DNA of 57,571 nucleotides. Origin: Pseudomonadota bacterium (GTDB lineage: Bacteria > Pseudomonadota > Alphaproteobacteria > Puniceispirillales > Puniceispirillaceae). Position 1 is the first letter of the stretch. Every line of letters starts with the position of its first letter. Below the pieces are notes generated by a model. That model saw only the letters and a program-made list of their open reading frames with translations. It made no database searches and was not told the DNA's origin. This document shows, one piece after another, positions 28,030-37,035 of this stretch. The translations under genes were made by a program, and so were the position numbers. The stretch lies in assembly GCA_036143955.1 (NCBI GenBank), contig JAYYLR010000055.1, forward strand, positions 1 through 57,571, given 5' to 3'.

Positions 28030-29805
28030 TTGAACGCGCCTTCACCTTCGCATCCGCCCGACAGCCGCACGATCCTGCTTCGTCTGTGGCGGGGGTGGGT
28101 CCGTCCCTATCTCGGCCGTCTGATCGCCGCCTTCGTCCTCATGGCAATTGTGGCGGGTTCGGCCTCGGCCTACCCGTTGCTGACCCGCTATATTTTCAAC
28201 GCCCTTGCCGACGGCCGTGCCTCGGAGGTGATTTGGCTGGCGCCGCCGGCGATCGTCATTCTGGCCCTGGTCAAGGGGCTGGCGTTGTTCGCGCAGACGG
28301 TACAGGTCAATGCGCTGGCGCTTCGCGTGACCACCGACCTGCAGAAGGACATGGCACGCACCCTTATCGAGGCCGACCTTGCTGTGCTGTCGCGGGAGCC
28401 GGCCGGCGCTTTCATGTCGCGGATCATGAACGACCTCAATCTCGTTCGCGAGGCCGCGGTCAGGCTTGCCAACAATCTGGTTCGCGATCTGCTGACGGTG
28501 ATCGTGCTGATCGGTGCGATGGTCTGGCTCGACTGGCTGATGGCCGTTGTCGTGCTTGCCGTCTACCCGCTGGCGATGCAGCCGATCATTCGCATCGGCG
28601 CCCGCCAGCGCCGCGCGTCAGGCAATCTTCAGGAACATATGGAAGAGGTGACCTCGCTTCTCGCCGAAACGCTTCAGGGCGCGCGCATGGTCAAGGCGTA
28701 CCAGCTCGAGGCAGCAGAGACGGCACGGACAAGGACAGCGTTCGACGGGCTGTATTCGCGGCTTGTCGGGCTGCTGACAGGCCGCGCCAAGATCGATCCG
28801 ATCCTTGAGGTCGTCGGCGGTCTCGCTGTCGGCGGCGTTGTCGCGCTCGCCGGGTGGCGGGTGGCGAACGGTCAGCTCCAGGTCGGCGACGTGATCGCCT
28901 TCATCACCACCCTGATCCTGCTCGTGCAGCCGGTTCGCGGGATCGGCACGCTGAACGCGGTGACGCAGGAAGCCCTTGCCGCCGCCGAACGTGTGCTGAC
29001 GCTTCTCGACCGGCCGCGCCTTGTCGCGGACAGGCCCGGCGCCGCCGATCTCGGCGATGTGAAGGGCGATGTGACGTTCGATTCCGTCGGCTTCGCCTAT
29101 GACACGGCCGCCGAAGACGGTCCACCCGCGCTGGCCGGTGTCGATTTCACGGCAAGGCGCGGTGAAACGGTCGCCCTTGTCGGGCCAAGCGGTGCCGGCA
29201 AGAGCACGGTGATCAACCTGCTGCCGCGTTTCTTCGACGTCACCGCCGGCAGGATCAGCATCGACAGAACCGACATTGGCTCGGTGACGCTCGACAGCCT
29301 GCGCCGGAACGTGGCGCTGGTCGGGCAGGACGCGGTGCTGTTTGACGACACCATTGCGGCCAATATCGCTTTCGGCCGGCCGGACGCCACGCATGACGAG
29401 ATCGTGGCGGCGGCGAAGGCCGCAGCGGCGCATGACTTCATCACCGCTCTCGATGGCGGGTATGAGGCGCAGGTCGGGGCGATGGGCAACCGGCTTTCCG
29501 GTGGCCAGAGGCAGCGAATTTCAATTGCCCGTGCGATGCTGAAAGACGCGCCGATCCTGCTTCTTGACGAGGCGACGGCGGCGCTGGATGCCGAATCCGA
29601 GCAGCAGGTGCAGGCGGCACTTGCGCGCCTTCAGGCCGGGCGGACAACGCTTGTCGTGGCCCACCGGCTGTCGACCATCCGCGACGCGGACCAGATTCTG
29701 GTGATGGATGGCGGCGGCATCGTCGAACGCGGCTCGCATGACGAGCTCCTTGCCATGAAAGGGCTCTATGCGAGGCTTGTCAGCCTGCAGTCGCTTGAAG
29801 GCTAG
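28030..29805 (+). CDS. msbA: MsbA-like lipid A flippase (ABC transporter, TMD+NBD)
   Basis: GPSGAGKS, LSGGQRQR, LLLDEAT; located in the lipid A cluster. Confidence 0.85.
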   Translation: MNAPSPSHPPDSRTILLRLWRGWVRPYLGRLIAAFVLMAIVAGSASAYPLLTRYIFNALADGRASEVIWLAPPAIVILALVKGLALFAQTVQVNALALRVTTDLQKDMARTLIEADLAVLSREPAGAFMSRIMNDLNLVREAAVRLANNLVRDLLTVIVLIGAMVWLDWLMAVVVLAVYPLAMQPIIRIGARQRRASGNLQEHMEEVTSLLAETLQGARMVKAYQLEAAETARTRTAFDGLYSRLVGLLTGRAKIDPILEVVGGLAVGGVVALAGWRVANGQLQVGDVIAFITTLILLVQPVRGIGTLNAVTQEALAAAERVLTLLDRPRLVADRPGAADLGDVKGDVTFDSVGFAYDTAAEDGPPALAGVDFTARRGETVALVGPSGAGKSTVINLLPRFFDVTAGRISIDRTDIGSVTLDSLRRNVALVGQDAVLFDDTIAANIAFGRPDATHDEIVAAAKAAAAHDFITALDGGYEAQVGAMGNRLSGGQRQRISIARAMLKDAPILLLDEATAALDAESEQQVQAALARLQAGRTTLVVAHRLSTIRDADQILVMDGGGIVERGSHDELLAMKGLYARLVSLQSLEG

Positions 29806-29829
29806 ATTTGCCGTGCTGAAGGGATAATC

Positions 29830-30489
29830 CTATTCGCGCCGAAGGATGCTGTCCGTCAGCCGCACCGCCCAGCCCTTCGCCTGGAAATTCCTTGTCACCT
29901 CGTCAGGGTCGTAGATGCTGTCGACCCAGTCGAAAAAATCCATGCCCTGATCCTCATACGGCATGTAGGCCGCGAAAAAGGCATCCAGCAGTCCGGTCTT
30001 CGCCTGCTTCACATGACCGTATTTCCAGGCAAGCTGCGCGGCGGCCTCACGCACGGGTCGCTTCTCGACGATCAGCAGGAACAGCGCCGCCATCAGCCCG
30101 GCGCGATCGGCGCCGGACTTGCAATGCATCATGGCCGGAAGCTTGGCCTCGGCGAACAGCTCCCGCGCTGCATGGAGCATCGCCTTGTCAGGTGCCGCAC
30201 GAGACCGCGCCGTGAAATCCAGAAGGGTAATTCCCGCCCGCGCGCAGGCTTCCGCCTCGAGCCGCCAGCCGCCGTCGTCCCGTGGGCCGCGAAGATTGAT
30301 GATGGTGCGGATCCCCATTCCGGCGGCGGCATGCACCCGCGACGGGCCGGGCTGGTTGGAGCGCCACATGCCCGGCGCGACCTCATGAAGGTTATGCCAC
30401 CAGATCCGGAGAAATCCGTGATCCTTGAAAATCAGTTCCGTCCAGTCGCGCAGGCCGCGGCGCGTGCCGGGCGGGGCGACAAAACTCAT
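29830..30489 (-). CDS. Protein-tyrosine-phosphatase-like protein (CtpA-like)
   Basis: HCKSGADR (CX5R) P-loop, RSNQP, IINLRG; ATGA-coupled to pmbA. Confidence 0.82.
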   Translation of the reverse strand: MSFVAPPGTRRGLRDWTELIFKDHGFLRIWWHNLHEVAPGMWRSNQPGPSRVHAAAGMGIRTIINLRGPRDDGGWRLEAEACARAGITLLDFTARSRAAPDKAMLHAARELFAEAKLPAMMHCKSGADRAGLMAALFLLIVEKRPVREAAAQLAWKYGHVKQAKTGLLDAFFAAYMPYEDQGMDFFDWVDSIYDPDEVTRNFQAKGWAVRLTDSILRRE

Positions 30490-31823
30490 GATCCGGCCAC
30501 CATCATGCCTTCGACCCGAAGCGAGGGGGCGGCCGTGCTGCGTCGCATGTCGATATCGTCGGCCCGCGTGATGGACATGAACATGTCCTTCAGATTGCCG
30601 GCGATGGTGGCCTCGGCCACGGGGTGGGTAACCTTGCCGTTGCTAATCCAGAATCCGCCGGCGCCACGGCTGTAGTCACCTGTGATCATGTCGACCGAGC
30701 TTCCCATCATCTCGGTCACGAGAAAGCCTTCTTCGATGTCGCCGATCAGCTCGTCAAAGCTGATCTCGCCATTCTCGAGATAGAAGTTGCTGCTTCCGGG
30801 GGCGGGCGAGCTTCCCATGCCGCGTGCCGCCTGGCCGTTCGGCTCAAGGCCGAGTTTGGTGGCCGAAGCGATATCGAGGAACCAGTGTTTCAGCACGCCG
30901 TCCTCGACCATCGCACGTCGGCTGACCGGCAGGCCCTCACCGTCGAACAGACGCGAGGCCATGCCGCGCGGACGGAGCGGGTCGTCGATGAATGTCAGGC
31001 CGGCGCTGGTCACCTGTTCGCCCATGCTGTCCTTGAGGAAGCTTGTCCCGCGGGCGATGGCGGCGCCGTTGATCGCGCCGGACAGCGTGCCGACAAGGGA
31101 TCCCGACACACGGTTGTGGTAGACGACCGGAAACTGACCTGTCTGCGGCTTGCGCGGGCCGAGCCGTGCGAGCGTCCGTTCGGCGGCGCTGGCGCCGACG
31201 GTCTCGGGCGCGTCGAGATCCTCGCCGAAAACCGCCGCGGTATAGTCATAGTCACGCTCCATCGCGCCGTCTTTCTCGGCGATGACAACAGCGGAAATTC
31301 CCTGCGACGAGCGACGGTAATCTGCCGCAAAGCCGTTTGTCGTCGCGATCATGACATGGGTCACGCCGTGGCTTGCGGAGCCGCCATCCGAATTCGTGAT
31401 TCCCTCTGTCCCGAGCGCCGCCGCTTCAGCGGCGGTGGCGTTCTCGGTCAGCTGGTCAACGCTCGGAACCCTGGCATCATATAGTTCGACCTGCGGGATG
31501 TCCGAGGCGATTTCCGCCGAAGTGGCAAGCCTCACATAGGGATCTTCCGGTGCCACCTTCGCCATCGCGACAGCGCGCTCGGCAAGTGTCCGGATGGTAT
31601 CGGGGTCCAGCTGGCTTGTGGAGACCGAGGCATTCCGCTGGCCAACGAAGACGCGAAGGGCGGCATTGACCTCCTCCGATCTTTCGCTGGATTCGACCTT
31701 GCCTAGCCGCACCGAAACCGAGCTTCCCTCGCTTCGGGCGACACCAGCATCCGCTCCGTCTGCCCCAGCGGCGCGGGCGGCATCGAGAAGTTGTGAAATC
31801 AGTTGTGTGTCGACGTTGCTCAT
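30486..31823 (-). CDS. pmbA: TldE/PmbA metalloprotease subunit
   Basis: MERDYDY, FDGEG, TGDYSRGA.GF, TIAGNL. Confidence 0.92.
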   Translation of the reverse strand: MSNVDTQLISQLLDAARAAGADGADAGVARSEGSSVSVRLGKVESSERSEEVNAALRVFVGQRNASVSTSQLDPDTIRTLAERAVAMAKVAPEDPYVRLATSAEIASDIPQVELYDARVPSVDQLTENATAAEAAALGTEGITNSDGGSASHGVTHVMIATTNGFAADYRRSSQGISAVVIAEKDGAMERDYDYTAAVFGEDLDAPETVGASAAERTLARLGPRKPQTGQFPVVYHNRVSGSLVGTLSGAINGAAIARGTSFLKDSMGEQVTSAGLTFIDDPLRPRGMASRLFDGEGLPVSRRAMVEDGVLKHWFLDIASATKLGLEPNGQAARGMGSSPAPGSSNFYLENGEISFDELIGDIEEGFLVTEMMGSSVDMITGDYSRGAGGFWISNGKVTHPVAEATIAGNLKDMFMSITRADDIDMRRSTAAPSLRVEGMMVAGS

Positions 31824-31922
31824 AACGCCTTCCAGATAAAGGGTGAGGGGCGTGGTTTCAACCGGCGGGGCGCCACTATAACCTTCCTTGCATGGACCGA
31901 CCATTGCGTTTATGACACCGCA

Positions 31923-32870
31923 ATGACCTATCGCATCTTCATCGACGGCGCCGCCGGTACCACCGGTCTGCAGGTGCATGAACGGCTTTCCGCGCATCCG
32001 TCGGTTGAACCCGTTGTGCTCGACGAGGCCAGCCGCAAGGATGCCGATGCACGGCGCGCCCTGATGGCCGATTGCGACATGACGATCCTTTGCCTTCCCG
32101 ATGACGCGGCGCGCGACTCCGCGGCCATGGCGCGCGACGTCGGCGCCAGGGTGATAGATGCATCCTCGGCACACCGGGTCGCCGATGGCTGGACATACGG
32201 TTTCGTCGAACTGGACAGCCAAATCCGCGACGCCCTGGCCGGCGCCACGCAGATCAGCAACCCGGGATGCTATCCGACCGGGTTCCTTGCCCTGACGCGG
32301 CCTTTGGTCGACGCGGGGTTTCTGGCGCCGGACGCGAAGCTGACCGTTCCGGCGGTGTCAGGCTACAGCGGTGGCGGCAAGGCGATGATCGCGCGCCATG
32401 AATCTGGCGATCTGCCGCCACACGGCGCCTACGGCCTGGCTCTTGCACACAAGCATCTCCCGGAGATGACGAAATATGCCGGCCTCTCGACAGCGCCCAT
32501 CTTCATGCCCTCCGTCGGGTCCTTCTATGCCGGCATGCTTGTTCATCTGCCGCTTCACGCCGGCATGCTGGCAAGGAGCGCCAGCGCCGCCGACCTCTAC
32601 GACGTGCTGGCGGCGCAATACGCCGATACGAACTTCGTGAGGATGGGCGCGGCGCGGGCGGGCGAGCCCGACACGGCGGCGATGATGCTGGATGCCTCGG
32701 CACTGGCCGGTGCCGACTATCTTGAACTTTTCGTCTTTGCCAATGCCGCTTTGGACCAGTTCTGGCTGACGGCGCGCCTCGACAATCTCGGCAAGGGTGC
32801 CTCTGGCGGTGCGGTACAGAGCATGAATATCGCTCTCGGGCTCGACGAGGCCACCGGCCTTTCGGTCTGA
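31923..32870 (+). CDS. argC: N-acetyl-gamma-glutamyl-phosphate reductase (short type)
   Basis: FIDGAAGTTGL, NPGCYPTG, SGYSGGG, LDNLGKGASG. Confidence 0.95.
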   Translation: MTYRIFIDGAAGTTGLQVHERLSAHPSVEPVVLDEASRKDADARRALMADCDMTILCLPDDAARDSAAMARDVGARVIDASSAHRVADGWTYGFVELDSQIRDALAGATQISNPGCYPTGFLALTRPLVDAGFLAPDAKLTVPAVSGYSGGGKAMIARHESGDLPPHGAYGLALAHKHLPEMTKYAGLSTAPIFMPSVGSFYAGMLVHLPLHAGMLARSASAADLYDVLAAQYADTNFVRMGAARAGEPDTAAMMLDASALAGADYLELFVFANAALDQFWLTARLDNLGKGASGGAVQSMNIALGLDEATGLSV

Positions 32871-32879
32871 CCGGCTGCC

Positions 32880-33695
32880 ATGAGCGCGCCTCTCGATACG
32901 GATGCCTACCTTGCTGAACAGAGCGAGGCGCAGCGCGCCTCGGACTATCCCTATGCGGCGCCGGAAGGGGCCTTCATCCTCGATCGGGGACGATTGCGCG
33001 CATTCGACGACGCGGCGGTGCTCGATGGGCGGACAGCGGTCCTGTCGGTCGGCTCTAACCGCGCGCCGGTGCAGCTTCTCCGCAAGTTCGGACATTCGGC
33101 GCTGGTGCCGGTGACGCCTGCGGTCCTTCATGACTGCGATATCGTTCATGCGGCGACCGTCAGCTATTATGGTGCCGTCTCATGCACGGCCTTCCCGTCC
33201 CTCGGCACCGACGTGATGCTGAACGTGGCCTGGCTCGACGAGGCGCAGCTTCAGGTCATGCATCGTACCGAGGCTGTCGGCGTCGCCTATGATTATGTCC
33301 GTCTTTTCACCGGCACGGTAACGCATCTTCCGGTGGTGGCTGCAGGTGGTGACATCGCGCCGCCCGCCCAGCCGGTGTTCGGCTACAGCGCGCGAAGCGG
33401 CGTTCTTGACCTCGGTGCCGGACAGCCCGGCGGGCTGGCGAGAATAGCGGCCCGGAACAGGCGCTTTCCGACTTTGGCGCAGGAACGGGCCGCGGCACTT
33501 GTCCAGGCCTATGTGTCCGCAACGGATGGCGATCTGCGGCTTGGTGACGAACGGGACGACTTTATCACGCGTATCGTTGGCGACAGGGACTGCCGCAAAG
33601 CGGTGAACAGCCATTTGCGGGGCCGTGCCATCCATGCCGAAGGGCCCTGGCGGGTCCAGCCGGTGGATGCGGACGACATCACCGATTTTCTGTAA
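32880..33695 (+). CDS. Hypothetical protein, gamma-glutamylcyclotransferase-like fold (tentative)
   Basis: Good coding pattern, fills the gap between argC and ubiA; VGSN loop and L...QL..M..TE.....Y pattern. Confidence 0.6.
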   Translation: MSAPLDTDAYLAEQSEAQRASDYPYAAPEGAFILDRGRLRAFDDAAVLDGRTAVLSVGSNRAPVQLLRKFGHSALVPVTPAVLHDCDIVHAATVSYYGAVSCTAFPSLGTDVMLNVAWLDEAQLQVMHRTEAVGVAYDYVRLFTGTVTHLPVVAAGGDIAPPAQPVFGYSARSGVLDLGAGQPGGLARIAARNRRFPTLAQERAAALVQAYVSATDGDLRLGDERDDFITRIVGDRDCRKAVNSHLRGRAIHAEGPWRVQPVDADDITDFL

Positions 33696-33698
33696 CGG

Positions 33699-34652
33699 TC
33701 AGGCTGCGATCTGGTTGATGACCAGGCCGGCCGTCAGGATCAGGCCTGCATCGCGGTTTGATTTGAACAGTCGTAGCGCCATGGCCGGGTCGCCGGCGTC
33801 AAGCCGGTATGACTGCCAGGCAAGATGCAGCGCCATGGCGACGAGCGCGGCAACCCAGATGCCGGTCCCGAGAAGCAGCCAGAATCCCAGCCCGAGCCCG
33901 GCAACAGCCAGCGCATAGGCGGTCGCAACACCGGCCCTGAGGTGGCGGCCAAGGCCGAGAGCCGATGATTTGACGCCGACTTCACGGTCATCGGCCATGT
34001 CCTGAATGGCGTAGATGGTGTCGTAGCCGAACACCCAGGCCACGCTCCCGGCATAGACGAGGGCAAGTGCGGCGGGTGGTGGCGACCCGCTGGCGGCGGC
34101 CCATCCGAGAGGCACGCCCCATGAAAATGTCAGCCCAAGGACCGCCTGCGGCCACCATGTGACCCGCTTGGCGAGCGGGTAGAGGATGACAAGAGGCAGC
34201 GATGCGATTCCGGTAAGAATGGCAAAGAACGGAAGCTGTACCAGAACGGTCAGGCCGATTGCGCACAGCAGGCCCAGAAAGAGCAGAGCTTCGAAACTCC
34301 CGATCGTGCCGGCGGCAAGTGGCCTTCCGGCCGTTCGTTCGACCTGGCTGTCGAGTCGCCTGTCCCACAGGTCGTTGACCACGCAGCCGGCGGCGCGCAT
34401 CGCCACGGCGCCTGCGAGGAACAGCGCCATCAGAAAAAATCCGGCGCCGATTCCGGGCGCCGCCACCGGGATCACCCACCATCCGGGAAGAAGCAGAAGC
34501 CACCACCCGATGGGACGGTCCAGTCTTGCAACAAGGATATAGGGATGACAACCGCTCGGCAGATGCCTCCACCAGCCGGACAGGTCGATATCGGTATGCT
34601 GCCTGTCCGGTGATCCGGCCTGTTTCGGGCTGTTGTCGGGCGTTATGCTCAT
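33699..34652 (-). CDS. ubiA: 4-hydroxybenzoate polyprenyltransferase
   Basis: RLDRPIG, NDLWDRRLD..VERT..RPLA, YDTIYAIQD..DD. Confidence 0.95.
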   Translation of the reverse strand: MSITPDNSPKQAGSPDRQHTDIDLSGWWRHLPSGCHPYILVARLDRPIGWWLLLLPGWWVIPVAAPGIGAGFFLMALFLAGAVAMRAAGCVVNDLWDRRLDSQVERTAGRPLAAGTIGSFEALLFLGLLCAIGLTVLVQLPFFAILTGIASLPLVILYPLAKRVTWWPQAVLGLTFSWGVPLGWAAASGSPPPAALALVYAGSVAWVFGYDTIYAIQDMADDREVGVKSSALGLGRHLRAGVATAYALAVAGLGLGFWLLLGTGIWVAALVAMALHLAWQSYRLDAGDPAMALRLFKSNRDAGLILTAGLVINQIAA

Positions 34653-34749
34653 GGCCCTTTCCCTTAGCGCAGATAACATGCTGCGTATAGCCGAACGCGC
34701 ACTGCACTGACAGCTTGCAAAGCCGCATGCTCCGCCCTAAATGTGTCAA

Positions 34750-35499
34750 ATGACCGCACCGGATATCAGGGCGAGGCTGTTTGTCGGCGATGATCTCCTC
34801 GCCGACACAGACATCAGCCCGACGCGCGAGCAGCAGCATTACCTGATGAATGTGATGCGGCTCCGCGATGGCGATGCAGTGGCGCTGTTCAACGGGCGTG
34901 ACGGCGAGTGGCGCGCCGTATTCGGGCGCGAAGGCCGTCGGGAATGCCAGCTTGCCGTGAAAAACCGGACACGGGCTCAGGCATCGGAAACCGACCTTTG
35001 GCTACTCTTCGCCCCGGTCAAGAAGGCACGGCTCGATTTCATCGCCCAGAAGGCCTGCGAAATGGGCTGCAGCAGGATTTGGCCGGTGCGGACCGATTAC
35101 ACGCAGGTAGCACGGGTGAATGACGACCGGATGCTGGCAAACGTTATAGAAGCGGCCGAACAGACCGAGCGCCTCGACATTCCCGAAGTGATGGAATTTG
35201 TGCCGCTTGAAGAGGCTCTGGAAGCCTGCGGTTCAGAGCGCCGTCTGATTTTCTGCGACGAGTCCGCGGCGGGCGATGTCGCAGCCAATCCGGTCAGAGT
35301 GCTCGGTGGCGCCGGATCAATATCCAGCGCAGCTGTTCTGATCGGCCCGGAAGGCGGATTTTCTGACACCGAAAGAGCCATGATTGCACGCCGTCAAAAT
35401 AGTTTGAAACTTTCGCTCGGCCCGCGCATATTGCGCGCCGATACGGCGGCCATTGCGGCGCTGACATGCTTCCAGTCCGTTTGTGGTGATTGGACATGA
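34750..35499 (+). CDS. rsmE: 16S rRNA m3U1498 methyltransferase
   Basis: HYLMNVMRL, EAAEQ, IGPEGGF, LGPRILRADTA. Confidence 0.95.
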   Translation: MTAPDIRARLFVGDDLLADTDISPTREQQHYLMNVMRLRDGDAVALFNGRDGEWRAVFGREGRRECQLAVKNRTRAQASETDLWLLFAPVKKARLDFIAQKACEMGCSRIWPVRTDYTQVARVNDDRMLANVIEAAEQTERLDIPEVMEFVPLEEALEACGSERRLIFCDESAAGDVAANPVRVLGGAGSISSAAVLIGPEGGFSDTERAMIARRQNSLKLSLGPRILRADTAAIAALTCFQSVCGDWT

Positions 35500-35598
35500 C
35501 AGTGCCAGGTTTCGATCCGGTGGCCTTGCCACGCACAACCAGTCCAGCGTCTGGCCCCGCAAAGGGCGGGACGCATCTTTTAGGACGGACACCCCTCC

Positions 35599-36966
35599 AT
35601 GCATGAAACCAATGACGCGCCCGCAGACATCGGCCAAATGATCGGCTGGATTGCCGATGGCGAAACGCCGGCTGATAGCTGGAAAATCGGCACCGAGCAT
35701 GAAAAGTTCCTGTTCCACAGACAGGATCACACGCCTGTCGCCTATGACGGCGAGGCCGGGGTGGGCGCGCTTCTGGAACGCCTGCTGACCGAACTCGGGC
35801 CGGATGCCGAGCCGATCATGGAGAAGGGAAACATCATCGGGGTTATCGACAGTGACGGCGGTGCGGTGACGCTCGAGCCTGGCGGGCAGCTGGAACTTTC
35901 CGGAGCGCCGCTCAGCGACATCCATGAGACATGCGCCGAAACAGGACGTCATCTTCGCCACATGAAAGCGGCGGCAGCCCCGCTCGACATCGGCATGCTC
36001 GGGATCGGCTATCATCCGACGGCGCGGCGCGAAGATATCAGCTTTATGCCAAAAGGACGCTACCGAATCATGGGCAGCTACATGCCGAAGGTCGGTACGC
36101 TTGGCCTCGACATGATGCTCAGAACCTGCACCGTGCAGGTCAATCTCGATTTCGCCGACGAAGCCGACATGCGACGCAAGTTCCGCACGTCGCTGGCTCT
36201 TCAGCCAGTCGCTACGGCCCTGTTTGCCAACTCGCCCTTCAAGAACGGGCGGCCTTCGGGGTGGCTTTCGACCCGTGCCCATGCCTGGACCGATACCGAC
36301 GCTGCGCGGAGCGGTGTGCCGGCCTGCGTGTTCGACGACTATTTCGGCTATGAACAGTGGATCGACTACATACTTGACGTACCGATGTATTTTCTGCATC
36401 GCGGTGAAGATTACCTCGACGTGGCCGGCCAGTCATTCAGGGACTACATGGACGGCATGTTGCCCGGTTTCGAGGGCCAGCTTCCCAGCATGACGGATTT
36501 CCAGGACCACATCACAACCGCGTTCCCGGAAGTGCGTCTGAAGCGGTTTCTTGAGATGCGTGGCGCCGACGGCGGTGCCTGGGGCAGCATCTGTGCATTG
36601 CCGGCATTCTGGGTCGGGCTTCTCTATGATCAGGAATCGCTTGATCAGGCGGCGGAGCTGGCGGCGCCGGTCTCGGCAAACGACGTCATGGAAGCCCGGA
36701 TGTCGGTTGCGCGGGACGGCCTGCGCGGGCTGCTTGGCGGCAGGGAGGTCTATGAACTTGCCGCAAGCCTGGTCGACATCGCCTCGGCCGGATTGCGCCG
36801 CCGCGCCCGGATGGACGACAGTGGAAGCGATGAAACGGGCTATCTTGCGCCTCTCCGAAATGCGATCGCAAACCGGGAAACGCCGGCGGAAAGGCTGTTG
36901 CGGCTTCATCGTGAAAGCTGGTCCGAAGATCTGTCTCAGATTTTTGAGGCGGAACAGTATTCGTGA
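35599..36966 (+). CDS. gshA: Glutamate--cysteine ligase (plant/alphaproteobacterial type)
   Basis: IGTEHEKF, LEPGGQLELSG, QVNLD, FPEVRLKRFLEMRGAD. Confidence 0.95.
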   Translation: MHETNDAPADIGQMIGWIADGETPADSWKIGTEHEKFLFHRQDHTPVAYDGEAGVGALLERLLTELGPDAEPIMEKGNIIGVIDSDGGAVTLEPGGQLELSGAPLSDIHETCAETGRHLRHMKAAAAPLDIGMLGIGYHPTARREDISFMPKGRYRIMGSYMPKVGTLGLDMMLRTCTVQVNLDFADEADMRRKFRTSLALQPVATALFANSPFKNGRPSGWLSTRAHAWTDTDAARSGVPACVFDDYFGYEQWIDYILDVPMYFLHRGEDYLDVAGQSFRDYMDGMLPGFEGQLPSMTDFQDHITTAFPEVRLKRFLEMRGADGGAWGSICALPAFWVGLLYDQESLDQAAELAAPVSANDVMEARMSVARDGLRGLLGGREVYELAASLVDIASAGLRRRARMDDSGSDETGYLAPLRNAIANRETPAERLLRLHRESWSEDLSQIFEAEQYS

Positions 36967-37035
36967 CGGGGTTCACCTCGGCAGCAAAAACGGTTTGTCG
37001 GGTGACCGAAGGTAGTGTGACGTAACGGGGCCAGC

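Noticed and set aside
35547-35581. Terminator or attenuator between rsmE and gshA
   Set aside because: The stem has a mismatch and the U tract is short and offset; too weak to call.
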